Positions 1 to 9,611 of a stretch of 64,000 nt of DNA are shown piece after piece. This stretch comes from Acidimicrobiales bacterium (GTDB lineage Bacteria; Actinomycetota; Acidimicrobiia; Acidimicrobiales; CADCSY01). The translations under genes and the position numbers were made by a program. The notes under the pieces are model-generated. The model ran no database searches and was not told the origin of the DNA. It saw only the letters and a program-made list of their open reading frames with translations. The stretch is from assembly GCA_030446545.1 (NCBI GenBank), contig JAUJNB010000001.1, positions 212,550 through 276,549 on the forward strand, given 5' to 3'. Position 1 is the stretch's first letter, and the number at the start of each line of letters is the position of its first letter.

Positions 1-665
1 CAGTAGCGGTGGTGGTGGCGGGCGCCGTCGGGTTCGACCACCAACAACGTGGCCGGAGCCAGCTTGGCCACGCCGGCGAGGATGGTGCGCGGCGGCGGCA
101 CCACCGAGTGGAAGCTGAGGTAGTGGTGCAGGGCCACGGGGTCGACCGAGGTGTCGATCCCGCCCCCGGCCAGCAGCGCCGGCAGGGTGGAGGCGAAGCG
201 CAGGGCACCGGGAGTGTCGGCCAGGTAGAGGGGCTTGATGCCGAGACGGTCCCGGGCCAGCACCAACCGTCCGCTGTCGAGCTCGACGATGGCGCAGGCG
301 AACATCCCCTGCAGGTGATCGACGAAGTCGGTCCCCCATTGCCGGTAGGCCGTGAGCACCACCTCGGTGTCGCCGGTGGAGAAGAAGCGGTGACCCTCGG
401 CCAGGAGCTGGCGACGGAGCTCGGGGTAGTTGTAGATGCAGCCGTTGAAAGCGATGGCCAGGCCCAGGTGGGGGTCGACCATGGGCTGGGCCGCCCGCTC
501 GGTGAGGTCGATGACCTTCAGCCGCCGGTGGGCCAGGGCGACCCGGCCCTGGGACCACACGCCGGAACCGTCGGGGCCCCGCCGGTGCATGGTGGCCGCC
601 ATGCGGTCCACCGCGCCCACATCGGCGGCGCCGTCGTTGCGGAGCTCCCCGGCAAAACCGCACAT
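1..665 (-). CDS. asnB: asparagine synthase (glutamine-hydrolysing), N-terminal part; the gene runs off the left edge
   Basis: My own minus-strand translation from ATG 665 gives [37 protein letters not shown]...[11 protein letters not shown]. This shows the Cys2 Ntn glutamine-amidotransferase signature. It is absent from the ORF track because there is no stop inside the window. Confidence 0.8.
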   Translation of the reverse strand, partial: MCGFAGELRNDGAADVGAVDRMAATMHRRGPDGSGVWSQGRVALAHRRLKVIDLTERAAQPMVDPHLGLAIAFNGCIYNYPELRRQLLAEGHRFFSTGDTEVVLTAYRQWGTDFVDHLQGMFACAIVELDSGRLVLARDRLGIKPLYLADTPGALRFASTLPALLAGGGIDTSVDPVALHHYLSFHSVVPPPRTILAGVAKLAPATLLVVEPDGARHHHRY

Positions 666-785
666 TCGCCCAAGAGGGTAGCGGGAGGCCCGATCCCGTC
701 GACCAGGCCGCACCCCCTCGGTTCTTTCGGCGCTCAGTCCCAGGTGGTGGCCGTCAGCGCCGAAAGAACGGTGGAGGAGGCCGGC

Positions 786-1697
786 TCAGGGGGCCAGGAC
801 GGCCCGGGCCACCAGGTCGGTGCCGAAGGTGGTGACGATGGCCAGGTAGAGCAGGCCGGTGGCGGCCATCACAGCCGAGTAGTAGCGCTCTCTCAGCGCA
901 GCCCGGGTCACGACGCACAGCACCAGCGTGCCCAGGGCGCAGGCCAGCCAGAACCAGCCCAGCAGGCCGTTGTAGCCGTCGTCGAGGGCGCCCGACAGCA
1001 CCGACACCATCCCCGTGGGCACGAGCAGCAGGCCCACCTCCACCGGCCACAGGGCGGTGAGGAAGCGGACCTGTTCGAGCAGCGGCCCCCGGGCCAGGCC
1101 GGGCTGGACCAGGTACCAGTGGCCGAGCAGCATGGCGTCGGTGACCACGCCGAGGAAGGCGGCGCCGATCACGGTACGGGCCACGGCCAGCACCGGTGCC
1201 CCCCCGGCGTCGAGCCCGGCCGCCACCAGTCCGACGAGACCGATGGCCGGCGCCACCAGGTCCAGGACCGGTGGGAACTCCCTCCGTGCCTGGGCTTGGT
1301 CCTCGCCCCCCCCGCCCCCGCCCTCACCCAGCGTCTCGGCCTCGCCCAGCGTCCCGGCTTCGCCCACCGTCCTCGGCGTGACCATCGCCTCCACCCGGGC
1401 CGCCTTGCGGGCCCGCTCGGCCCGCTGGCCGGAGACGCCGGCCTTGCGCCGCACGACCGAGACGGCCAGGGCGACGCCGGTGGCCAGGGCGACGCCGGCG
1501 GCGGCCGCGTCGCGCACCGGGACCGGCCCGAACAGCAGCCCCACCGCGACCGAGGCGCCGGCCAGCACCAGATAGGTGGCCCGGATGACCCAGCCGTAGC
1601 CGATGCCCACCTCCCGGCGCCGGGTGGTGACCCACCCGAAGAACAACCCGCCCACCGCCCAGCCCAGCAACACGGTGGCGGCGTCGAGGCGGATCAC
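786..1697 (-). CDS. integral membrane protein of unknown function with a central Gly/acidic linker
   Basis: 303-aa ORF with several hydrophobic helices and a realistic amino-acid composition. The overlapping ORFs look like Arg/Pro/Gly shadows. Confidence 0.6.
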   Translation of the reverse strand: MIRLDAATVLLGWAVGGLFFGWVTTRRREVGIGYGWVIRATYLVLAGASVAVGLLFGPVPVRDAAAAGVALATGVALAVSVVRRKAGVSGQRAERARKAARVEAMVTPRTVGEAGTLGEAETLGEGGGGGGEDQAQARREFPPVLDLVAPAIGLVGLVAAGLDAGGAPVLAVARTVIGAAFLGVVTDAMLLGHWYLVQPGLARGPLLEQVRFLTALWPVEVGLLLVPTGMVSVLSGALDDGYNGLLGWFWLACALGTLVLCVVTRAALRERYYSAVMAATGLLYLAIVTTFGTDLVARAVLAP

Positions 1698-1748
1698 GGA
1701 TGGCGACGGTATAGGGCCTCCTCGCCAACGCGAAGCCGGCGCCGGCGG

Positions 1749-2843
1749 CTACCCCTCGACCACCACCAGGCCGTGGGGGACCCGGTTGAGGGGCTCGGGC
1801 CCGGCCTCGGTGGCCACCACGATGTCCTCGATGCGGGCGCCGAAGCGGCCTTCCAGGTAGATCCCCGGCTCGACGGAGAAGGCGTGGCCGGCCACCAGGG
1901 CGTCGCAGTTGCCGCCCACCAGGTAGGGATCCTCGTGCTCGTCGAGGCCGATGCCGTGCCCGGTGCGGTGCACGAAGGCCTCGCCGTAGCCACCCTCGGT
2001 GATCAGACGGCGGGCCACGGCGTCGACGTCCTCACAGGGCGTCCCCACCACGGCGGCATCCACGGCTGCGGCCTGGGCCTCCTCCAGGACCGCGTAGAGA
2101 TCGCGGAACTCAGGCGGCGGCGGGCCGGTGTACACACAACGGGTGATGTCGGAGCAGTAGCCGTCGGGCATGGTCCCCCCGAAGTCGCACAACACCACCT
2201 CACCTGCTTGGATCACCCGGGCCCCGGCGTCGTGGTGCGGGCTGGCGGCGTTGGCGCCGGCGGCCACGATGGAGAAGTTCACCCGGGCGTGACCCTCGGC
2301 CAACAGGCGCCGGCCGAGGTCGGCCGAGACCTCGGCCTCGGTGCGGCCGACCAGGGGGATCTCGCCCCCCTGGAGCTGGGCCGCCACCCGGTCGGCGGCC
2401 TCCGACGCCCGCCGCAGGGACGCCACTTCGGCGCCGTCCTTGACCGCCCGGAGGGGTGCGGTCACCAGGTCACCCGGGTGCCATCTGGACGCCGGCAGCC
2501 GGGCCTGGAGCTCGACCACGAATCGGGCCCAGGTGCGGTCGCCCACCGCCACCGTGGCCGGCGCGCCGGCCAGCGCCGCCACCAGGGCGACGGGGTCGTC
2601 GGTCTCCTCCCAGGCCACCAGGGCGAACACGTCGGGCTGTCCGATCACCCGGGGCGCCTCCAGCCGGGGCACGACCAGGGTGACCTCACCCTCGGCCGGC
2701 ACCACCAGCATGGTCAGGCGCTCGAGCGGCATGGCCCGGTAACCGGTCAACCAGGGCAGGTCGGCCCCCACCGAGAGCAGCAGCACGTCGATACCGACCT
2801 CGCCCATCCGCCGGCGGGTCCGGGACATGCGCTCGGCGTACAT
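1749..2843 (-). CDS. M24 family Xaa-Pro dipeptidase/aminopeptidase
   Basis: Motifs [21 protein letters not shown] and ARIEDIV are present. I chose ATG 2843 ([13 protein letters not shown]) as the start. The track's upstream extension to 3266 is shadow-like and overlaps the macro genes. Confidence 0.85.
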   Translation of the reverse strand: MYAERMSRTRRRMGEVGIDVLLLSVGADLPWLTGYRAMPLERLTMLVVPAEGEVTLVVPRLEAPRVIGQPDVFALVAWEETDDPVALVAALAGAPATVAVGDRTWARFVVELQARLPASRWHPGDLVTAPLRAVKDGAEVASLRRASEAADRVAAQLQGGEIPLVGRTEAEVSADLGRRLLAEGHARVNFSIVAAGANAASPHHDAGARVIQAGEVVLCDFGGTMPDGYCSDITRCVYTGPPPPEFRDLYAVLEEAQAAAVDAAVVGTPCEDVDAVARRLITEGGYGEAFVHRTGHGIGLDEHEDPYLVGGNCDALVAGHAFSVEPGIYLEGRFGARIEDIVVATEAGPEPLNRVPHGLVVVEG

Positions 2844-2873
2844 GGGCCCAGGGTAGGTCGCTACCCTCCCGAC

Positions 2874-3317
2874 GTGGCCCGGATCACCGTGGTGCAGGGC
2901 GACCTGACCGCCCAGGAGGTCGACGCCGTGGTCAACGCGGCCAACTCCTCCCTGCTCGGCGGGGGCGGCGTCGACGGCGCCATCCACCACCGAGGCGGGC
3001 CGGAGATCGTGGACGAGTGCCGGCGCCTCCGGGCCGAGCAACTTCCCGCCGGCCTGCCCACCGGCCGAGCCGTGGCCACCACCGCCGGACGGCTCCCCGC
3101 CCGCTGGGTGATCCACACCGTGGGCCCGGTCTACTCCCGCCACGACGACCGCTCGGCGCTGCTGGCGTCGTGCCACACCGAGTCGCTGCGCGTGGCCGAC
3201 GCGCTCGGCGCCACGACGGTGGCCTTCCCGGCCATCTCTTGCGGCGTCTACGGCTACCCCCTGCACCTGGCTGCGCCGGTGGCTACCTTCGGCCCATGGC
3301 CGAGATCACTATCGTGA
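2874..3317 (+). CDS. macro domain protein, upstream tandem paralogue lacking the C-terminal ~35 aa
   Basis: GTG 2874 gives [38 protein letters not shown]. It is about 80% identical by hand alignment to the downstream copy over ~135 aa, then runs out of register into the next gene's start. Confidence 0.5.
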   Translation: MARITVVQGDLTAQEVDAVVNAANSSLLGGGGVDGAIHHRGGPEIVDECRRLRAEQLPAGLPTGRAVATTAGRLPARWVIHTVGPVYSRHDDRSALLASCHTESLRVADALGATTVAFPAISCGVYGYPLHLAAPVATFGPWPRSLS

Positions 3318-3814
3318 AGGGCGACCTCACCACCCAACAGGTCGAGGCCGTGGTCAACGCGGCCAACTCGTCACTGCTCGGAGGGGGCGGGGTGGACGGG
3401 GCCGTCCACCGCCGGGGAGGCCCCGAGATCCTGGAGGAGTGCCGGCGCCTGCGCGCCAGGCGTCTCCCCGACGGCCTCCCCACCGGCCAGGCGGTGGCCA
3501 CCGCCGCCGGCCGCCTTGCTGCCCGGTGGGTGATCCACACGGTGGGCCCGGTCTACACCGCCAACCAGGACCGGTCCGCGCTCCTGGCCTCGTGCCACAC
3601 CGAATCGCTCCGGGTGGCCGATGAGCTCGGCGCCACCACCGTGGCCTTCCCCGCCATCTCCTGCGGCATCTACGGCTACCCCCTGGACCTGGCCGCCCCG
3701 GTGGCGCTGGCGGCGGTGCGCTCGGCCTCGACGGAGGTGGCCGAGATCCGCTTCGTGCTCTTCGACGACCCTGCCTTGGCCGCCTTTGAAGCCGCCCACC
3801 GGTCCCACGCCTGA
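3296..3814 (+). CDS. macro domain protein (MacroD/YmdB-type ADP-ribose-binding / O-acetyl-ADP-ribose deacetylase family)
   Basis: [38 protein letters not shown]...[13 protein letters not shown]...IRFVLFD, a full-length macro fold signature. Confidence 0.85.
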   Translation: MAEITIVKGDLTTQQVEAVVNAANSSLLGGGGVDGAVHRRGGPEILEECRRLRARRLPDGLPTGQAVATAAGRLAARWVIHTVGPVYTANQDRSALLASCHTESLRVADELGATTVAFPAISCGIYGYPLDLAAPVALAAVRSASTEVAEIRFVLFDDPALAAFEAAHRSHA

Positions 3815-3824
3815 TCACGGTCTC

Positions 3825-3862
3825 GGACACCGAGGACACCTAGGACACCGCGCACCTAGGAC
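3825..3862. repeat. short tandem repeats: GGACACC at 9-bp period x3, and CACCTAGGAC x2
   Basis: GGACACC occurs at 3825, 3834 and 3843. The ACCTAGGAC core occurs at 3838 and 3854; each copy is preceded by C, giving CACCTAGGAC. The repeats lie in the convergent intergenic gap 3815-3896. Confidence 0.7.
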
Positions 3863-3896
3863 CCCTAATACCCCTCAGACCAGGACCGGCTAGGGC

Positions 3897-5363
3897 TCAA
3901 GACAAGGCATCGTCGAAGAATCGGCGGGGCTGCGCGGCCTTTGCCTCGGCGGGCTTCCACCAGAGGAAGGCCACCAGACGATCGATGAGCCGCTCCAGTT
4001 CCTCGGCCACCCGCGCACAGGCCTCGTAGGAGTACTCGCTGGCATCGGCCACGTAGTCCCCGAGGCCCCCCCCGAGGCTGGCGGCGTTAGTCGCCGAACG
4101 CGCCTGGGGTTGGCTGCGGGCGTGGTGCACCAGGGCGAGCAGGTCCTGAAGAGGTTCGTCTCGGCGCCGGCGGGGCATCACCTGATCGCAGCGGACCAGT
4201 TCCTTGAGGGTGAAGGTGTACGGCCAGGCCTCGGGAGCCAGGTGGGCGGCGGCGTACACATGCTGGTCAGCCATGCCGAGGACCAAGTCGGCCTCGCTCA
4301 GGAGCTGGGGGTTCAACGCGACGCTCTTGTGCCCCGTCACGTCCAACCCGCGGGCCTGGAGCACCTGGACGACGGGGGCGGGCGGCCGTTGGCCTCGGGG
4401 GGCCAGCCCGGCGGAGGACACCATCGCGGGGATCCGTAGTTCAGCCAGCCGGCGACCCAAGAGCAGCGCGGCCATCGGCGAGGCACAGACGTTGGCGCCG
4501 CAGACGAAGAGGACCTTGACCGGCCGACCGGCGCTGCTGCGAGGCCGGCTCTCTCTTTGGAGCTGGTCCTCTTGTCGCTGGGAAACGGCCACCGGCGCAT
4601 CGGCCTGCGCCCGCGCCTCGTTGGGCCGGGCCAACCGGGAACCGTTGCGCGGGTGGCGGGGACGCGGGCGTGCCGGACTGCGCAGGTTCGTGGGCTCGCT
4701 CGGGCGTTCGGAGACCTCCTCGTCGCCTTCAGGACGAGTGGTCGTGGTCTGAAGTGACGGGCCCTCCAACGACCGCTTGACCGCTACGAAGACCTGACGC
4801 AGATACGTTCGGTCGGTCTCTAGACGCTCCCACTCACGTTCCAGGTCGCTGCGCTCGGCCGCCAGCTCGGCGAGCACGTGGTCCTGGTGGGCCTGGGCCC
4901 GGGCGGCGACCTCCTCCGCCCCTCTTCGGGCCTCTTCCACTTGGGCCCGGGCGTCCTGGGCAGCCCGCTCGAGCAGCCGCCGTGCTTCGGCGTTCGCCTC
5001 TCGGCGGATCTTGGCCGCATCCTCGGTGGCCCGCTGGAGCAGCGCCGCCTCCCGGCTCGTCGCCTGCTTGACGATCTCGTGGGCCACTTGCTGGGCCGAG
5101 CGCAGGGCCTTGGACATCCGATTGGGGAGCTCGGCCAGGAACTCTTCGTCATTGAGGGCCTCAACGCCGCCGGTCATCCTCTCCAGCTGCTGGACTCGGC
5201 TGACCAACTTGGCGTTGGTCACCCGCAGGGCGTCGAACTCGACGGTCACCTGCTTCAGCCAGTTCCACACGTCGTGCTCACCCTCGGTGCCCGCCTCCGG
5301 GAAGGGCAGGGCTCCGTTGTGCAGCAGGGCTGACACTGCGGTCACCTCATCCGTCGACATCAT
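3897..5363 (-). CDS. DivIVA-like coiled-coil protein fused to a low-molecular-weight phosphotyrosine-phosphatase-like domain with a degenerate P-loop
   Basis: The N-terminal ~200 aa are heptad-rich (LVSRVQQLE..., EEARRGAEEVAARAQ). The C-terminal domain reads KVLFVCGANVCASPMAALLL, compared with the canonical VCxGNxCRSP. Confidence 0.75.
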   Translation of the reverse strand: MMSTDEVTAVSALLHNGALPFPEAGTEGEHDVWNWLKQVTVEFDALRVTNAKLVSRVQQLERMTGGVEALNDEEFLAELPNRMSKALRSAQQVAHEIVKQATSREAALLQRATEDAAKIRREANAEARRLLERAAQDARAQVEEARRGAEEVAARAQAHQDHVLAELAAERSDLEREWERLETDRTYLRQVFVAVKRSLEGPSLQTTTTRPEGDEEVSERPSEPTNLRSPARPRPRHPRNGSRLARPNEARAQADAPVAVSQRQEDQLQRESRPRSSAGRPVKVLFVCGANVCASPMAALLLGRRLAELRIPAMVSSAGLAPRGQRPPAPVVQVLQARGLDVTGHKSVALNPQLLSEADLVLGMADQHVYAAAHLAPEAWPYTFTLKELVRCDQVMPRRRRDEPLQDLLALVHHARSQPQARSATNAASLGGGLGDYVADASEYSYEACARVAEELERLIDRLVAFLWWKPAEAKAAQPRRFFDDALS

Positions 5364-5590
5364 CCGCCTTCCGTATCAGCAGGGACCAACGAGAACTTCT
5401 CTCCACGCATGTTCCCTCTCCCTGGCGGAACCCAGAGGCCCGCCGAGAGAAAGGGCGCGATCACGAGCATGTGCCCCGCCAGACAGCCCGATGTCGCTCG
5501 TCCGATCTGCTGGTCTGCAACCTATCACGACGTGGTACGGCGGCAACGGATCCAGGCTGGCGCGAGAACCAGGTGGCGGAGCACAACGCC

Positions 5591-6430
5591 TCAAGCAGGG
5601 GCTCGGCCCCGCCGGGCGCCGCCCTTGGTGTTGCGCTCCACCCGCAGAGGACCAGACCGCCGGCCGGCTTCTCCCGCCGAGGACTCGCTCCCGGAGCCGT
5701 CGCCGCCCTTGGGGGACGTCGCCCTCGCGCGTGCAGCGCGGCCCGAGCTCTCCTGTTCGCCGTCGGCGTCCAAGAGGTTCTCGACTCCCAACACCTCCGA
5801 GGCGTCCTCTTCGCCGGTGGCCTCCTCCCTCGCCCGTCGGACCATCGTCTCCACCGCCGCCAGCCGCTCGACCGACTTCTGCTGGACGGCCCGGAGCTGC
5901 TCGTAACGCACTCGGGCCTCGGCCAACACCGAAGACACGTTGGTGCTCGCCGCCCGCTCGAGCTGCGCGGCTCTCTCGTGGGCGTCCTGTTCGACGCGAG
6001 CGGCCGTCTCCCTCGCTTCTTGTTCGAGCCGGTTGGCGTCATAGCGGGCGGCCGCCCGTATGGCGTCAGCCTCCTGCTTGGCCGCCAGCGTGACCTGGTT
6101 GGCCATCTCGAGCTGTCGCATGGCCAGCTGCGTCGTCTCCGCCGCCTCCTCGGCAGCTGCGGTGTGCAGCGCGTGAACCTCACGCTCGGTCCTGGCCCGG
6201 AGCTCTTCAGCCGTCTGGGCGGCGTAGTCCACGATGGCGGCAACCTGGTCCCCCAGCTTCTCGGCATAGCTAGGAGGCGGTGGGGGCGGGGGTGGTGCCG
6301 GCGGGGACTGCACCGCCTCGCGGTAGTGGGCGGCGACGACGGCGAGGAACTGGTGCACCGACTCGGGGTCGTAGCCACGTTTGCTGATGGGAAAGGTCGT
6401 CTGCTCGATCTCTTCGGGTTCCACGAGCAC
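5591..6430 (-). CDS. divIVA: DivIVA domain-containing protein
   Basis: VLVEPEEIEQTTFPISKRGYDPESVHQFL is the DivIVA N-terminal motif. A poly-Pro tract and a long coiled coil follow. GTG 6430 is preferred to the track start at 6463. Confidence 0.75.
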   Translation of the reverse strand: MLVEPEEIEQTTFPISKRGYDPESVHQFLAVVAAHYREAVQSPPAPPPPPPPPSYAEKLGDQVAAIVDYAAQTAEELRARTEREVHALHTAAAEEAAETTQLAMRQLEMANQVTLAAKQEADAIRAAARYDANRLEQEARETAARVEQDAHERAAQLERAASTNVSSVLAEARVRYEQLRAVQQKSVERLAAVETMVRRAREEATGEEDASEVLGVENLLDADGEQESSGRAARARATSPKGGDGSGSESSAGEAGRRSGPLRVERNTKGGARRGRAPA

Positions 6431-6516
6431 CTTCCACTGTCTGCAGCCCCGGCCGGTGCGCACGATAGTCTCTCGATCCTTCTCCGGCGTCTCGCAGACG
6501 CCTCAGGTCACGGCCA

Positions 6517-7470
6517 TCACGACGTGCCCGCCCCCATCTGACCTCCCGTGGCCCGCAGCGAACTGCGGGCGTGGTAGCTGGACCGAGTGAGCGGCGAGGC
6601 TTCCACGTGAGCGATGCCCAGGGCCCACCCGAGGTCACGGAACCGCTCGAAGGTGGCCGGCTCGACCCAGCGGGCCACGGGCAGGTGCCGGGCGGTGGGG
6701 CGCAGGTACTGGCCGACCGTGACGATGTCGACCCCCACGCCGGCCAGGTCGGCGAGGGCGCCCTCCACCTCCTCGTCGGTCTCACCCATGCCCACGATCA
6801 ACCCCGACTTGGTCACCAACCCGGCGGCCCGGGCTCGGGCCAGCACGGCCAGGAACGGGCGTAGCCGGCCGAGGGCGCCCGCTGGAGCCGGGCGACGGTC
6901 TCCAGGTTGTGGTTGCACACGTCGGGGCGGGCGGCGAACACCACGTCGGCGTCGGCGTCGCCCCTGCAGTCGGGGATGAGCACCTCCACGGTGCCCCGGG
7001 CAAGGCGACGCACGGCAGCGACGGTGGCGGCGAACGCACCGGCGCCACCGTCGGCCAGGTCGTCCTGGCCACGGCGGTGACCACGGCGTGGTCCAGGCCC
7101 AGGCGCTCCACCGCCTCGGCCACACGCCCGGGCTCGTCGTCGTCGGGGGGCCCCTCGGGGTGGCGGGTGTCCACCAGGCAGAACCCGCAGGCCCGGGTGC
7201 AGCGCTCACCGTTGATCATGAAGGTGGCCGTGCCCTCGGCCCAGCACTCGAAGATGTTCGGGCACCCGGCCTCCTCGCACACGGTGGTGAGCCCGAGTCC
7301 CCGCACGGTGCGCTCGAGACCACGGTACGCCGGCCCCAGGCGGGCCTCGGCTCTCAGCCACGACGGCTTGCGGGCCGACCGGTCGAGCCCGGGCCCACCC
7401 CGGCGCCGGCCAGGCGAACCGCCAGGCGCACCGGGGTGGCGGTGGTCGTGGCCGGGTCGAGCGAGGCCGC
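6517..7470 (-). pseudogene. lipA: lipoyl synthase, reading frame interrupted at least twice; 5' boundary approximate
   Basis: Pieces lie in three frames. They are RKPSWL...[13 protein letters not shown]...CTRACGFC...VTAVAR, then DDLADGG...[11 protein letters not shown]...[11 protein letters not shown], then [29 protein letters not shown]...SSYHA. Confidence 0.85.
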
Positions 7471-8145
7471 ACCTCCACTGAACGCCGAGGCATCGACGGG
7501 CTGCGTCGGGCGGCCAGGCCACGTCCTGGCGCTCCCAGCCGCCGCCGCCCCAGCGCTCGACAGCCCGCCCCACCACGGCGTCGGCCACCTGGGCCATGGT
7601 GACCTCGAGCCCCAGGGCGGCCAGCGAGGTCACGCCCCGGTCCCGGATCCCACAGGCCACTATGTGGTCGAACATGGCCAGGTCGGGGTCGACGTTGAGG
7701 GCGAAGCCGTGCATCGACCGTGACCGAGCCAGCCGGTGCAGACCTTGGCGCCCGCCACCCACACACCCCGGTGGCGCGGGTCACGCCCGGCACCGGCCAG
7801 ACCCAGGTCGGCCAGGGCGTCGATGACCAACTGCTCCAGCGAGCGGACGTAGGCCACGGTGTCGGCCATCCCCCCACCCCGCCGGCCGGGCACCGACAGC
7901 ACCGGGTAGGCCACGAGCTGGCCGGGCCGTGGTAGGTGACCTCGCCGCCCCGGTCGCTACGGACCACGTCGGCCCCACGGAGGAGGCCGGGACCAATACG
8001 TCCCCCAGGTCGGCCCGCACCCCGAGGGTGTAGACGGGAGGGTGCTCGAGCAGCAGCAGGTGATCGTCCGACGACGCCACCAATGCCCGCTGCAGGGCCA
8101 GCGCCTCGTGGTAGCCGACCCCAGCCACCTGACCCGAAGGGTCAT
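7471..8145 (-). pseudogene. lipB: octanoyltransferase, reading frame interrupted at least four times; 3' boundary approximate
   Basis: ATG 8145 overlaps the sucB stop as ATGA. The pieces are MTLRVRWLG, then GYHEALALQRALV...LLLLEHPPVYTLG, then RSDRGGEVTYHGP, then AYPVLSV...YVRSLEQLVIDAL...GVWV, then [25 protein letters not shown]. Confidence 0.85.
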
Positions 8146-9611
8146 GCCAGCTCGGCGGCCCAGTCCCGGCTCTGGAGGATCTCGGCCACCTTGGCCACAA
8201 AGGCCGAGGCGTAGGCGCCGTCGACGGCCCGGTGGTCGAAGGTGAGGGCCAGGTTGCCCACGGGGTGCACGGCGATGGCGTCGGAGCCGTCGGGGAGCTC
8301 GATCACCACCGGTCGCTTGCGGACCCCGTCGGTCGACAGGATCGCCACCTGGGGCTGGTTGATGATGGCACCGGTCACCAGGGTGCCGAACGGCCCGGGG
8401 TTGGTGATGGTGAAGGTCCCCCCGGCGATGTCGTCGGGCCCGAGCTTGCGGTCGCGCCTGGGCGGCCAGGGCGGCGATCTCGCGGGCCAGCACCCGCAGC
8501 CGCTTGCCGTCGGCACCGTGGACCACCGGCACCATCAGGCCTTCGAAGTGGAGGTCGACGGCGATGCCCAGGTGCACGGACCGGTGCACCACCAACTGGT
8601 CGTCGCCCACCGAGGCGTTCATGTGAGGGAACCACGCAGGGCGTCGACCACGGCCCGGCTCACGAACGGGAGGTAGGTCAAGTTGACCCCCTCCTCGGCC
8701 TTGAAGCGGTCCTTGGCCGCCAGGCGCACCCGGTCGACGCCCTCGTAGTCGACCTCGAGGACCACCAGGGTGTGGGCCGAGGTGGCCTTGGACCGGATCA
8801 TGTGCTCGGCCGTGCGCCGGCGCATGTTGGAGAAGGGCACGACCTCGTCGCCCGCACGCCGGGTGAGCCCGGTCGTGGATGGGGCCCGTGCCGGGGTGGG
8901 CGGCGCCGACGGGCGGCGGGGGAAGGAGCCGGGGACGGAACGGGGCGGTCCGGCCGTCACCGGCCTGGATGACGGCGAGGACGTCGTTGCGGGTGATCCG
9001 TCCACCGGCGCCGGTCCCGGCGATGGCGTCGGTGTCGAGGCCGTGCTCGGCCACCAGGCGCCGCACCACCGGCGAGAGCAACCGGGGACCACCGGAGTCA
9101 GGCCCGCCCCGGCCGTCGTCGGCCCGGCGGTGCCGCAGCCTCGTCGAGCGGGGCCTCGACGGCGGCGCCGCCGCCACCACCACCGTCGGAGGACGGGCGC
9201 CGCCGGCCGCCGGGGCGGCGACGGCGACGGCGGCGGGGACGGGGACATGACCCTCGCCTGCTCGGCCTCCTCGCTCCTGCCTTCACCGCTGCCCGACTCA
9301 TCGGGGGCGACCGGTGCCTCGTCCACCGGGGCCTCGGCCTCCTGGGCACCACCTGCCCCCCCGCCCCCACCGGGGGGTTCGTCGGACAGCACCGCCAGGG
9401 TGGCGCCCACGTCGACGGTGTCCCCCTCGACCACGCGGATCTCGGCCAGGTAGCCGGCGGCAGGGGCCGGCACCTCGGAGTCGACCTTGTCGGTGGAGAC
9501 CTCGAACAGCGCCTCGTCGGCCGCCACCTTGTCGCCCACCTGCTTGAACCAGCGGGTGATGGTGCCTTCCGTCACGGTCTCCCCTAGCTGAGGCATGGTC
9601 ACGTCGGTCAT
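8142..9611 (-). pseudogene. sucB: dihydrolipoamide acyltransferase E2 (lipoyl, PSBD and catalytic domains), frame interrupted at least four times
   Basis: The lipoyl domain is [29 protein letters not shown]...[12 protein letters not shown]. The PSBD is [32 protein letters not shown]. The catalytic pieces run to ...TITNPGPFG...DHRAVDGA...ELA and lie in three frames. Confidence 0.85.

Noticed and set aside
9-3317. 1102-aa plus-strand ORF, the longest at the left end of the track
   Set aside because: - It is Arg/Gly/His/Pro-rich with almost no Lys, Phe, Tyr, Ile or Asn.
- It runs antisense through three well-supported minus-strand genes: asnB, a membrane protein and the M24 peptidase.
- Only its last ~147 codons, the truncated macro gene, look real.
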